In this document: in pieces, positions 33,004 to 46,777 of the stretch
Layout: every line of letters starts with the position of its first letter
Position numbering within the stretch: position 1 is the first letter of the stretch
Assembly (NCBI GenBank): GCA_012295275.1
Contig: CM022670.1
Span: 15,748,001 to 15,812,000 of the forward strand
DNA: 64,000 bases
Direction: 5' to 3'
Source: Chrysomallon squamiferum
Taxonomy: Eukaryota > Animalia > Mollusca
Notes under the pieces: model-generated
Database searches by the model: none
The model's input: the letters and a program-made list of their open reading frames with translations, nothing else
What the model was told of the DNA's origin: nothing
Program-made: the position numbers and the translations under genes

Positions 33004-35804
33004 TGTCAAAAAAGAAAAGTTGACTGATATTATAAAAAAGAACGGGACTTTTTCTCAGGTCATATCCTTGGTGCTCACTGCACTGGCCATTTTCTCAAGA
33101 ATTAATTACATGCTGTAGGTTTCTGAAATAATTAATAAAAAATAAAGTATTTAAAAAAACAGAAATGATATTATTCAGTGTTTCAAAAAAATAAAATAAA
33201 TAATAAAATGGTGAAATTTACAGAAAATCTGGCTACTGCCTATGTTTAATTAATTAATTAAGACAGGTATAATTCTTTAATATTTCTTAAAGCAATACAA
33301 ATGGCTGAAATACATTTAGCATACTTACATATTATTGTTAGAAGTATTTATAACAACCAATATCTGCTGATAATAAAGTATTTCCGTAAGATAAAACTGT
33401 ACAGAATATGGTATTTTACTTTGATTATTGTATAAATATACACATAAAAGAAAACATCTTGCAAAGTAACTGTCTATCAGGATATATATTTCTCAGATAT
33501 ACAATGATATAATAAGTTGTTATTATGTAACTGCTACATTTATTATTAGCAAAAACATGTAATACTAATGAGAGACAAATAAAATAATAATTTGCAAAGA
33601 TACAAAAAGCAATTATGTTATTTGTTCAGTTATATTTTTAATATAAATGTTCAGTTCTCTATGATGGCCAGTATGACACTTAATTACAATGATCTCCTGA
33701 ATATGTAACATCATGAACATACTTTAATAAAAGTATGTGTTAGTGTAGCCATTAGGTGATCTCACTTAGGTTTGATTTTTTTTTTTTTAATAATGGTGGA
33801 AATTTCCAATTTAAATTGAGGAAAAGTTGCTGCAAATAAAACTAATGATGGGGGACAAGTCTTATTCAAAAGTATTACAAAAATGAGTTATTTGAAGATG
33901 ACCAGAACATTTATATGACAAGTTTAGGTTTTTGTGTTATAAATGTATCCAATGATGTTATAAATGATATCATTAGAGCAAAACTGTTTGATGATGATAG
34001 CACTGGATTCCCTATTATATACCAGCTTAATTAAATAAGAGCTGCATTTCAATTTCTAACATAAATTATCATTTGTTTACTTATTTATTTTAAATTTTAT
34101 TATTGTAGTTTGCATTTTTCACATAAAAATTCTTGTTGTCAGTGTTCATGCCTGACTACTTAAAACACCTCCTATAAAACTATGACATTAACTGAATTTA
34201 CTTTTTAATGTGTTTAGACCATCCCGATCGTTTTTTCAACGATGTGTATTAAGATATATTTTTAATACAATTCTTAATACAGAAAAAAACAACAACAACA
34301 AAACATTCCATAAAATGAACTATCTGAAATAAAAGTAAATACCTGCTTCTCTCCTAGGTGTGGTATGTCACACAGTCCATCCCCCTAAGACACCTCGTCG
34401 TGGAACTGGAACTTCAACTTGTAAAAATCGCAAATATTGAAATAACAAATGGAAAAACTCAAAAACGCTATATATATCGAAAATACGGAGGTGAATTTGT
34501 ATCTATGATATTTTAAAATAATGCAACAAATAAAGCTACAAAATAATTACAAATTAACTTTCCATGAAGACATAACAATTATAAATATTCAGCAGAATAT
34601 AAGTTTTGATCAGATTTGGACGTGGCAAACTTTTCAAGCGGCCATGATGTGGTTTGCATCGTCGCTTGTATCAATAAACAAAAGCATCATAGAGAAAAAG
34701 GGAGTTTAAAATCTTGAATATAAGGCTATTTATTTTGTGATTTCAACAAAATGTAAATTCAGTTTCTAATTAATATAACTGACTTTGATCAATTTATTTC
34801 ATATATGGTACAGATATTCGTTTAATTTTTATTTCAGATTAAATACAGGATACTATACACTATATTATATGTAGTTTAGGGATAATAGTGCTATTAGTAA
34901 GTAGAGCTACGGAAGCGGCAGTGTGCAAATTAGTCAGTTGATGTATGCAAATATGTTAAGTTATTTATTACTTTACACACTCTGCTTTATTTATTATGAA
35001 TACTGTATCAGTTATTTATACAGTAGTAAAACGTAGCTGTGGTGTAAATTTATAGAAATAAAGGAACCAGAACGCTTCCTTATCTCACCATATCTCAGTA
35101 ATTTATTTTACCACGAGGTGTATTACCGAAAATTGTAGTCGAAGTTATTCTTACAGTCAGTTAAAATGAGAAAAATGAAATCGTGTGTCTTATTCTTAAC
35201 CTAACATTTAATTTTTTTTTTTTGAAGAAATGCTCTTAGTCATTCATTTTAAATGTGTGTGTGGGGGGCTAAGGTCTAAATTCAACCCTGCACGCAATCA
35301 TAACATACACCTTTCAAAAATATATATATTTCCAAATTTTTGCACTTTTTTTTGTTTCAGGTCATTAAGGTCGCCGTTGGTTCATTAAACATATTATTAT
35401 CATTAATGTCATTCCAGGGTACGTCACTAAAACCATCGATAAGCAATTAAACATGTTGCCAGGATCATGCGTACATAATATGTACATAATATAACATACA
35501 ATACCAGGAACTGTAGGTGGAAAACATTTATCATATATTTAATCAGATTATATCGAGTACAGGAACAGTGGTATAACACTTGATTTTCAAGTACAGCAGT
35601 TTAATCATATACGTTGAAGTGCAGGTCATTGGAGCTTAAAATATCTAAAAGGGTGAAAATAATAGTATAAATCTGAAAACAATATATAGCTTTTTCAGGC
35701 TAATATTGATAAGACAGGTAACATAAAGCTTATAGCAACTGGACAAAAGATCTTCGTATGTTGTTACTTAAATTTGTTCAATTCTGGTTTTTATATATAT
35801 ATTT

Positions 35805-36800
35805 TTTTTTTTTTTTCTCTCATTTCCTCAATAGTTTTCTAGTGAAAAGGTCCAAAATATTTCTTCTGCTCTTCAGAATATAATGCTTTTTTGAAGGTCT
35901 GGTGTCTCGACAAGAGCCATTCTGGACCTGAAAGTTGCATCGCTCAAGAAGATCTTTTCTCATTTGTTGGACTGGCATACAGTCGGATTGATCCTCGAAA
36001 TGCAAACCACAAAATGCATACTTTGGATGAATAGTCACTCCTTAAAGCATCTACATAACAGAGGATTACACTTCTTAAATTAATTTATTGTAAAAATTTA
36101 ACAACTGTGATAGATTATATAAATTATTTGTTGTGTATGAATGTTCTTTGGTGTAGCATCATTTTTCACATCAAAATCAGTTAATATGTCCACCTCGTCA
36201 TCTGGAAATTCCTGATGTATTCATTATATTTTTGTTTGTTGTTGTTTTTAAATGTTATTAACATAATTTAGATTTGAATAAAATAAAAAACACTAATGCG
36301 ATTAATGAAAACGTTTTGATGTAAAGTAACGGATATTAATTACAATACAAATTTTTTATATTTAAATATTCGTGGATTTTATTTATATATATTTATATAT
36401 TTTAAATATATTTTTCAAGGTCTTATTTAAGATATAATGCCCAAAATAAAAAGTTAAAAAGTGAATCTTGTGTAATTTATAATTGTGATTTTTTCCAATG
36501 TTTTATAATTTTTATGAGCAGTTCTATTTATTAATATCGATTTCAGTCAGTAATGTTCATTATTGGATGTTTCGTTTTCTAAAAGTTCTTCTGTGATGTA
36601 ATGACTTTACCTTTTTCAGTGAATTAAGAAAATTATTCATGCAGTCATTAAAAGGATTGTCAGACACCACATAGTCTTTCTTACAGATGTTGTTTAAAAA
36701 CCTTTTCAAAGACATTACATGTGCTGATAACCACAAAGGCTAATGTATCATCAGGCTAAGGCAAGACATATTTGTATACCAGTGTATTATACCAGCCAAC
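35805..36800 (-). pseudogene. MMACHC: Inverted, truncated MMACHC pseudogene (divergent type)
   Basis: Exon-2 homolog 36800-36611 (VGWYNTLV...) has a TAG and a frameshift. Exon 3 is truncated (about 36211-36145). Exon 4 has deletions (IHPKYAF...DCMPVQQMRKDLLER). No exon 1 found. Confidence 0.9.
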
Positions 36801-38283
36801 CTGTACAACAATTTGCATTTTAATCATTCTAAAAAAAATCAACAAAGAAACAAAACAAAAAATCCCAAACAAATTACATGATCTAATAACATGCATGTAA
36901 AAGCAGAATTTTTTAAAATTAAAAACGGCTAAATATATTTAACATGAGGTAAAACAGATATGGACGACATATGACATACGTGGACATTCCTACATCTAAC
37001 CAAACTGTTGCTGTCGTCGTTGTTGTTGTTTTGGGCTTGTAGCATTGAAAATAAAGGGATGCAATATCTATTTTAGCAGAATTACGGTATGTACTAACTG
37101 CGCGTTTTTTATGCTAAACTTTAATTTTTTATGTTAATCAAATCAGTCTCTATTGAACAGTTCATCACATAGAGAGACACATGAGACATCACTGGCAAGT
37201 GTTTTTAATACTCTATTCCTTAGTTTGTTATAAATATATATTACATGTTGTTCAACAATACATTTTATTAGCTGATTAACTGAAAATTTGTATTATTACA
37301 ATTGTGCAATAATTCAGATAAGTAATCAAGAACCTTTTAACATGTAAACCGGCAGTTCAACATTAAAGAAGTAATTGTGCACAGTATTTACACACACTTA
37401 CATATATTACATATAAATCGTAGCTATTTTTAGATAAAACTTCGTATTTGAACACAGGATTACGGATTATTATTTTTAATCATTCAGACACATTTCAGGC
37501 ATATGCAGGCATGATTTGTGAAAATAAAACAAGATAAACGAGCAAAAATGGTGTTCGGTTTATAGTCCATGCTGTTACATAATGAGTAATATGCATAATA
37601 ATAACTGAAACTTCTGAAAACTCAACAAAAGGTTGCAACAACCTCTTTCCTTTCTAAGTTTCACTTTCTTGTTTACAAAGTTGGTAATCTGAAGTATATC
37701 CAAAAAAACAAACAAAAAAAATGGTTCGTCACCACTGTCTATACTAGTTTCGCTTACAAGGATGGTATTTCTGTGTAATACGGCCTGCTTTGAAAAAAAC
37801 TGGTAGATTTGAAAAGTGAAAGGCTTATGATCTTTTTGTACTGGTACCAGAATTAAAACCAAATATTGTGGTATCATATAAATAAAACCTCTGCTAATAA
37901 GGGGTGAAAATTGCATGATTTTCTGAATTAATTTTTGGTTCTTTATAAAATTTAATATTCTTTTTAACACAAATTTAGACAACCGACCGTTTTGTCATTT
38001 TGTTGTTAGGGTAAAAAGAAAACGGACGATTTCTCATAATGCGTGGCAAAGTAAGGTGCATAACTCTCCGCGACATAGCTACAAGCCGCGTTTTGTAACA
38101 TTATTCTTTACAGTGGCTTGTGTCACATTATGCACCGAGTTAAATTAAACACTAGGTAAATCGTTATGTACAGCATATATGATTGTTTGTAATACAGCGT
38201 TGCATATTTGGATGAGTTAGGTTCCTGGTCCTTATCTTGATCTATTTATTTATTTATTTAATTTCATTACAATTTTTTTTTTT

Positions 38284-38334
<51 letters not shown>

Positions 38335-38339
38335 TTTAA

Positions 38340-38590
38340 TATTATTATAGATAGATAGATAGATAGATAGATAGATTTTATTTTTTATTATTTATTATTA
38401 TTTTATAGCTTAAAATCTTATATACAGATTTCAACCTGTGAAGAAGTTCAATCTATAGACAAATGAATATATTTAGAAAACTCGCAAACATAACTAATTA
38501 GTATTTGAATCATCCGTTTCTAAAAAAATAAGAAAATAAACAATTTTTATTTTTTTATTTTTTATTATTATTATTTTTTAAAATATTATT

Positions 38591-38632
<42 letters not shown>

Positions 38633-38830
38633 TGATAGATAGATAGATTTTATTTTTTTTTTTATTTATTTTATATATATATATATATATATACATATAT
38701 ATAGCTTAAAATCTTATATAAGAATTCAACCTGTGGAGGAAGTTCAATCCACAGACAAATTAATATATTTAGAAAACTCGCAAACATAACTAATTAGTAT
38801 TTGAATCATCCGTTTCTAAAAAAATAAGAA
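38340..38830. repeat. Local tandem duplication of about 250-300 bp containing (GATA)n
   Basis: ATAGCTTAAAATCTTATAT...TTAGAAAACTCGCAAACATAACTAATTAGTATTTGAATCATCCGTTTCTAAAAAAATAAG occurs twice (about 38405-38530 and 38700-38830). Confidence 0.85.
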
Positions 38831-39135
38831 TAATAATAAAGAAAGAAAGAAAGAAAGAAAGACAAAAAAAAAAACATAATAATAAAAATAAAAGAAAGAA
38901 ACTCGACACATCTGGCCAAAATAGGTTCCTGCTCTTTATGTTGTTTGTTTTGTTTTGTTTTTTGTTTTTATTTATTTATTTATTTATTTAGTTTTCCAAT
39001 AAAAATCATAACGTTACATACAAATGAAGTTGCTATTCTTCATTACGTATCATTAAGGTCAATAAACAATGATAATTATAAAAATAAGGAAGTTGAAACT
39101 GAAATACTTTTTGTCACCAACACACATACATTTCA

Positions 39136-39994
39136 ATGACAGAAGTCATGGAGAATTTGAAGAGTAAATTAAATGAAATCTTGGCACCAAAAGGCTTTGA
39201 GTTGTATCCATTTCTGGTAAGTAAAGTATCTGTTTTAATTTAAACTGGTATACCGTGTGGAAATCATCAAACGACTTAATTAGATCTAATGAACTAAAAA
39301 AAGAACGACGGTTTTCTTTAGTAAAATATGCAGAGATCCTCCAAATATTGTATTCTTGAAATAAACAACTGTTAATCTAGAGCTTTTACAAATTTATTGT
39401 TAATTTTTTTTTTTTATTTATTTTTTTTTTTTTTTTATTATTATTTTTATTATTATATTTTTTTAATTTATTAATCGGCATATATAAAACTTTGAACATA
39501 CCCACAATCATTTTTATATTTTTCATAACTTTTTATATTTCAACTCGTCATTAAATATGTTTAATTTTGGTTAAAAATAAGTGTTACATTTATTTTTTTT
39601 ATTATTTTTTTTTTTTTTTTTTTTGGTTAAATGTCCTCCCATACAACAGAAAAATAATATTTCATACTGTTAAACATTTTACAATTAAAGAAAGAAAAAA
39701 TCAGTACATATTTTTTTAAAGCACTTCGATATTTTCGTTATGGTTCACTCCTCGAACATGCATGTCATGTAGGGTGCACAATTTTGTGTTTTGCCTGTTT
39801 CGGGACCACATGATAACCACACGCATTGTTCTTGTAAATAAAAATGGTTGCTTAACCTTTTGCAACTCTGAAAAAAAAAACGTCTGTTCAACAAAATAAG
39901 AAGGTTACGTCATAAAAAGTCTTTCCGAGAATCAACGACTTCGTGCCATTGCTATGCTGCAAGACCAAATAAAGACTGAGATGCGAATGCAATT

Positions 39995-40085
<91 letters not shown>

Positions 40086-40141
40086 TTTCTCTAAATCTCT
40101 CCTCTTCACTGAATTCAGAACTTAATTACCTGGATCTAAAG

Positions 40142-40208
<67 letters not shown>

Positions 40209-40248
40209 CTTTCTCTTCTCTCCTCTTCACTGAATTCTGAATTTAATT

Positions 40249-40336
<88 letters not shown>

Positions 40337-40462
40337 TGACGAAACGGCACCTAATCCATATGATGCCAGTTTCACGGAATTTTCTGGATTAAAGTTTGTT
40401 AGGATTTCTCTCAGACGTTATCTCTCTCTTTGTTTTTCTCTCTCTCTGAATTGCAGTCTGAT

Positions 40463-40506
<44 letters not shown>

Positions 40507-43126
40507 GTCTATCTACACGAAAAGCGGCAACCGGAAACGGATATGTGACCAAACGGCACCTAAGGTCCATATGATGCCAGTTTCACGGATTTTTCTGGAT
40601 TATAGTTTGTTAGGATTTGCTCAGACGTTATGCTCTCTTTGTTTTTCTGGAAAGCTGAATTGCAGTCTGATAGACAGCACTTCAATCTATCTACAAGAAA
40701 AGCGGCAACCGGAAACGGATATAACACCAATTAGTGCCAGGTTTGTACGAAATCGGTTAAGGGAACACAACATATGGCGCAGATGACCAGCCATACGTCC
40801 ACTTTTACTTCCACATGATCTGCAGGTTAACTTAACATGGTGTCAAGCTCAGAGACCAAATGTCGTATTACAGAAGGAGAACATAATGCACCATCAAGTT
40901 TTGTCTATACGGCTCCGTTGCCAAGTGTGTATCCGCGCTAATGGTAATAACACAGTATACTGCTTCTATGAATTAACTTTTTGTACCATTGCTATTAATA
41001 TATTCATATCTATAAAATAATATCTATAAAAACTGACACACTGATGAATATATTGGTGTATTGTCCATTCACTATAGCCTTGAATATAATATCACTGATA
41101 ATTAAGAGGAGGAAATATAATTTTGTTTCAGTTCTTTAATATAATGTCTCTCGAACTGGATACACCATCTGAATATGTTACTACAGTTGAATGATCATGT
41201 TTCCTTTTTACATGATAATCAGTCCTGTGTGCAAACTCTTTGAAATAACCACCTTACTACATAAGTAGCGTTGGTGTATATCAGAAACAGTTTGAAAGAA
41301 CATTAATATCACATGTGTTGACCATTCTGTGTTCATAATAACAGTGTAAAATGGCTATTGTTGAGCTATTGAACAGAGGTTACAAAGTTTCTTTATTATT
41401 TATTTCACAAATGTAATAATAAAAATATTCACCTATTCAGTGAGCATAACTTGGATGTTCTGTTAAAATGTGTTATTGAACAGCATGTATTAAAGTATAT
41501 TAATATATATTTATGAAATACTAATGAATAGTGTATTAAAAACATTTCCCAGTGATGTCTCACATATCTCTTCATTAATTGTGCAATACAGATTGATTTT
41601 ATTAACAAATAAATTTAAAGTTTTGCATAAATCGCACAATAGCTTGGTTATATATAGGGATGTCCATATAGGACATATGTGGTCCACACCTATATTACCT
41701 CATATTTTACATAGTCATCAAAAATGAAGTTTGATTTTGAAATTTTAAGTTAAGGATATTAGGTCACGTTAATAAACTTTATTTTATTATTATTAAAATA
41801 AAAATTATTCTACAGGTTGGCTGGTATAATACACTGGTGGACAAAAAATATGCCTTGCCTTACCCTGATGATACATTAGCCTTTGTGATTAATCAGCACA
41901 CCTGATGTCTTTGAAAAGGTTTTTATACCATTTATCTGTAAGAAAGACTATGTGGTGTCTAACAATCCTTTTAATGACTGCATGAAGAATTTTTTTAATT
42001 CACTGAAAAAGGTAAAGACATTACATCACAGAAGAACTTTTAGAAAACGAAACATCTTGTAATGAACATTACTGATTTAAATCGATATTAATAATAAATA
42101 GAATTGCCCATAAAAAGTACAAAACACTGGAAATAATCACAATTATAAATTACACTAGATTCACTTTCTAACTTTTATCTTGAGCATTATATCTTAAATA
42201 AGACTTTGAAAATTATGTTTAAAATACATAAATATATATAATTAGAAAACAGTATTATCAGATACTTTACATTAAGAAACCTTTCATTAATCATATTAGT
42301 ATTCTTTGTTTTGTTCAAGTCTAAATTATGTAAATAACATTTAAAAACAGCAACAAACAAATATATAATGAATACTGCAGGAATTTTCAGATCATCAGGT
42401 GAACATATTAACTGATATTAATGTGAAAGATGGTGATTCACCAAAGATTTTGCTACAAACAGCTGGTCATGTTGCAGCAGGTATTTTCTACTATCAGAAA
42501 ACGGACCTCAGTGAGGATACAGTTAAAAAGTGGCCATCTGATAAGGTAAGTGAAAACAAAATACTTTATCCTCATTTTAACTTTATAAGTAAAAGATATT
42601 TTATTGGATTTTGTTTTCGTGATCACTTAAATATTTCAATATTTTTATCGTCGACCTATGCATATTTACTCACCATGCTTTAGTCTGTTTGTTCTCATGA
42701 ACTTACATACACAACAATTTTTTCAAACAATAAAAGGTATATATTCAACAACTTGTCACAGTTTTTAAATTTGACAAATACAGTAAATTTATTTAAGAAG
42801 TGTAATCTTTTATTTTTCAGTCACTTTCCGGAGTGTCTATTCATCCAAAGTATGGTGGATGGTTTGCATTTTCTTGTGCTGTGATTTTCAAAGACGTCAG
42901 ATGTCCAGATCTTCAGAAAAGAGATCCACCTGATTGTGTGCCAACCCAAGAAATGAGAAAAGATCTTCTTGAGCGATACAACTTCCACTACCAGGATGGG
43001 TCTTACCGAGACATCATCCCTTCAATAAAGAAGTATTCTGAAGAGCAGAAGAAATATTTTGGTACCTCTCCACAACACTGGAAAAAATGTGTTGAGGAAA
43101 TGAGAAGAAAATATATGAAACCATAA
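39136..43126 (+). pseudogene. MMACHC: MMACHC divergent copy 1; +1 frameshift in exon 2
   Basis: Exons 39136-39216, 41816-42011, 42381-42545, 42821-43126. Exon 2 is 196 nt versus 195 in sister copies: GTGATTAATCAGC versus GTGATAATCAGC gives TGA at 41903-41905. It could also be an assembly error. Confidence 0.8.
39996..40500. repeat. Compound (CT)n microsatellite arrays interleaved with locally duplicated segments
   Basis: Four long (CT)n runs. Duplicated TCTCCTCTTCACTGAATTC and ACGGCACCTAA...CATATGATGCCAGTTTCACGG blocks. Confidence 0.9.
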
Positions 43127-43239
43127 ACTGAACAAAAGATGAACATCTTATTTCTTGTTCATTGTAAATTTACGTTTGTGTTACATATTATATCAATATT
43201 ATATAAAACTACACATTTTTGCTGATTTACACTATTATT

Positions 43240-45700
43240 CTTACCATTTTAAATATTTGGTCCTCCAGTGACCTCTACTACAACCTGTGACATGACTAAT
43301 GAAGCAGGTAATGAAATTTTAACATATATGATTAAGCTGTTGTAGTTAATAATCAATTTAACGCCTACAATTCCTGTTGTATTTTTATTTACTTTTTACA
43401 GTGATAAACCAGTAAATTTAGAGCTTTTTCTGTTAGAACTTATATGCTGATGCAGTCAAACTAATGATTTTACTTTGTATTTTCCTTTCACATTTTGCAG
43501 TGTTGTGTGTTTCTGTCCTAACCAGATTTAAAATAGTTTATAGTTTGAATATTAATCTCACATCTGTGATATTTTGACTCTAACATGTTCTTTGATACTG
43601 TTTTACAATCTGTTTTGTTTATTTTGAAGTAGTTACTGAGCAGATTCTAAATAAAGATTAACATAAAGTGAATGATTATATATGATTAAATTCATCTATT
43701 TAAAACTGAATTCTTACATCGACAATTACTGTAGTCAGTATATTGTGATAACATACATAATAAACAATATCTATTACATATTATTTTCACCATTTCAAAT
43801 ATTTTTTGCTCCAAGGACCTCCACTTCAACATGTCACATGGTGAAGTAGGGAATTAATTCTGTATTTCAAAATCAAGTGTTATAGCTACTATTCCTGTAC
43901 TCGATGTAATCTGATTAAATGTATGATAAAACTGCTGTAGTTAAAAGTCAGCTTTACACCTACAATTCCTGTTGTATTTTTATTTACTTTTTACAGTGAT
44001 AAACCACTAGATTTTGAGCTTTTTCTGTTAGAACTTATATGCTGATGCAGTCAAACTAATGATTTTACTTTGTATTTTCCTTTCACATTTTGCAAAGTGT
44101 TGTGTGTTTCTCTCATAACCAGATTTAATATAATTAATAATTTAAATATTAATTTCACGTCTGTGATATTTTGACTCTAACATGTTCTTTGATATTGTTT
44201 TACAATCTGTTTTGTTTATTTTGAAGTAGTTACTGAGCAGTTTCTAAATAAAGATTAACATGAAGGAAATGAATACACCTTCTGTTTCCATATATGATTA
44301 AACTCCTGTATTTGAAACTGAATTCTTATACTGAAATTCGTGTACTCAGGGTATTATGATTACATACATGCAATATCTACACTCAGTGTTTATATACATA
44401 TGATTCAGCTATTGTAAATATAAAATTAACTCTTAAACCTTCAGTTCCTGCACTCACTTAATTGTGGTTTCATATATGATAAACAATATCTACTCTCAGT
44501 GTGTACTCAATGTATTATGACTACATATATGATAAATTCTTACACCTACAATTCCTGCACTCAGTGTATGTATTAGAAGAATTCTATTAAAAAAAAAAAT
44601 AATAATAAAAAAAATTAAAATGATGTTTACAAAAGAAATGGTAACTGTTGCAAACAAATTACTTTGTACATGTGTACCAGGCAAAATATATTAACTTGAA
44701 GTACACCTGGACACTTTTTTATTTTTAATTTGGTAAATAGATTAATTGTTTGTTCTGTTTAATTATTTTCTTCTGTGTCAAATCCTGTGAATTTAGAGTT
44801 TTTTCTCCTAATCAGTATATGCATATACAGTGAAAATAATGGTTATGGTTTGTATTTTACTTTCACTCTGGGTTCTTCTTTTTTTCTTCTTTTTCTTTTT
44901 TCTTGATTCTTTTTTAAAGGTATATTTAAAATAATTTATATTGTGAATATTAATTTTATGTCTGTGATATTTACAGCTGTGATACTGTTTTAAAATTTTC
45001 TATTTATTTTGAAGTAGTTATTGAGTAGATTCTAAATAAAGATTAATATATAAGGAATGAAGTCATAAATACATCATGTATTTGCTTATATGATTAAACT
45101 GCTGTATTTAAAACTGAATTATTATATCACAAAGTCATGTACTCAATATTATGATTATATATATGATAAAATTGATATATTTAAAAATAAACTTTTATAG
45201 CTACAATCCCGTATCACTGAGTGTATTAGAAGAACTAAGATTTGAAAAAAATAACTTGAGGTGTACACATCTATTTTGAAAAAGAAATTCCGACTGTTGC
45301 TCTACCTTGCAAAATATTTAACATGTAGCACAGCTAATACTAATTGTCCTTTTGTTTTTCATTTTAATTTTGATAGTCTGTGCTTTAATGTTTTATTATG
45401 ATAAATCCACTAAATTTAGAGCTTTTTCTGTTATAACATATATGTTTGTTCAATGAAAATAATGGTTTTGTTTTGTATTTACCTTTCAGACATTGTAAAG
45501 TATGTTTTTCTTTTAATCAGATTTAAAATCATTTGTAATGTAAACATTAATCTCACCTCTGTGATTTTTTGACTGGAATATTTGCTGTTATACTGTTTTA
45601 CAATATGTTTTGTTTGTTTTGAAGGAGTTATTAATGTTACCGAGTGGATGCTAAATAAAGATTAATAATAATGAATTATTTTGTTCTGAAATATATTTTT
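43240..45700 (+). repeat. Nested tandem repeats (about 600-800-bp units with about 60-bp subunits) downstream of divergent MMACHC copy 1
   Basis: The block TCTGTGATATTT...TTTTGAAGTAGTTACTGAG...CTAAATAAAGATTAA recurs near 43650, 44250, 45040 and 45660. Homologous arrays lie at about 49800-51900 and 60050-61750. Confidence 0.8.
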
Positions 45701-46517
45701 TTTATCCATTGATCCACAGACTACAATTCATGTTACAGTGTAGTAATTAACTTTATTTCTGCACAAAAAAAAAAAAGAAATGTTGTGGGAAAACTATAAG
45801 AGCTACTCAAAAACTTTAGATTTGTAATAAGTGTGTAGAAAACAAAATTAAAATAATAAATATCAGGAAAACTGAGCAATAAATAAGAAATCTGCTTATT
45901 CAGGTAAAAATCAATATTAAACTTTGATAAACCCTGAAAGGAGTTATATTCTTAAATATATCAATTTTAAAAGAGAAAATAACATAATATAGTTTTGATA
46001 CAGTGATTAAAGTGTTTGCTAAAGATCCCTTTCAGCTGACTGAAAAGAGGAAACCTATGAAATGCTGCTAATTGTTTCTTGATGTTAATACAAAATTTCA
46101 GAAGAAACTTTCTACAATGATAATAATTATTCTTTTGAATAGAAAAATGACAGTTAAACTAAGGGACTGCAACGTTCGATGGCAAAATAAGACAGAATCA
46201 GTAGAAATTCTGTAACGATTATGGGTATTTTCAAAGTTTTACTCCAATTTACAAAAAAAAAATTATTATTATTATTTATTATTATTATTATTTTTATAGC
46301 TAAAATCTTATACTTATATACAGAATTTAACATATGGAGGAAGTTCAATCCATAGACAAATGAATATATTTGGAAAACTCGCAAAAGTAGCTAATAGTAT
46401 TTGATTCAAGAGAAAAAAAAATAATAATAATAATAAAAAAGAAAAAAAAAAGAAAAGAAACAAACATTTGGCCGAACTAGGTTGGTGCATTTCATGTTTT
46501 TTGGGTTTTTTGTTGTT

Positions 46518-46552
<35 letters not shown>

Positions 46553-46777
46553 TTTTTTTATTTTATTCTCAAGTCAAAATCGTAACGTTACAGACAAATG
46601 AATTTGCTGTCCTTTATTACGTATTATTAAGGTCAATAAACAGATCAACAATGTAAATTATAAACATGAAACCAATCGCTTTTACTTCTAAAAAATAAGG
46701 AAATTGAAAAAGAAAGCGTACTGAAAGCTCGTTCTAATTTACTCTCGACGTTTTGTCACCAACACACATATATTTCA

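Noticed and set aside
37575-38200. 135-aa minus-strand ORF and CpG-richer patch with short inverted repeats (GGTGCATAA/TTATGCACC)
   Set aside because: Non-ATG start, no motif, repeats too short; a TE or promoter call cannot be supported.
40330-40960. CpG-richer duplicated block in MMACHC copy 1 intron 1, including ORF 40430-40786
   Set aside because: Probably a repeat insertion specific to copy 1, but no termini or domain could be defined; the ORF is partly microsatellite.
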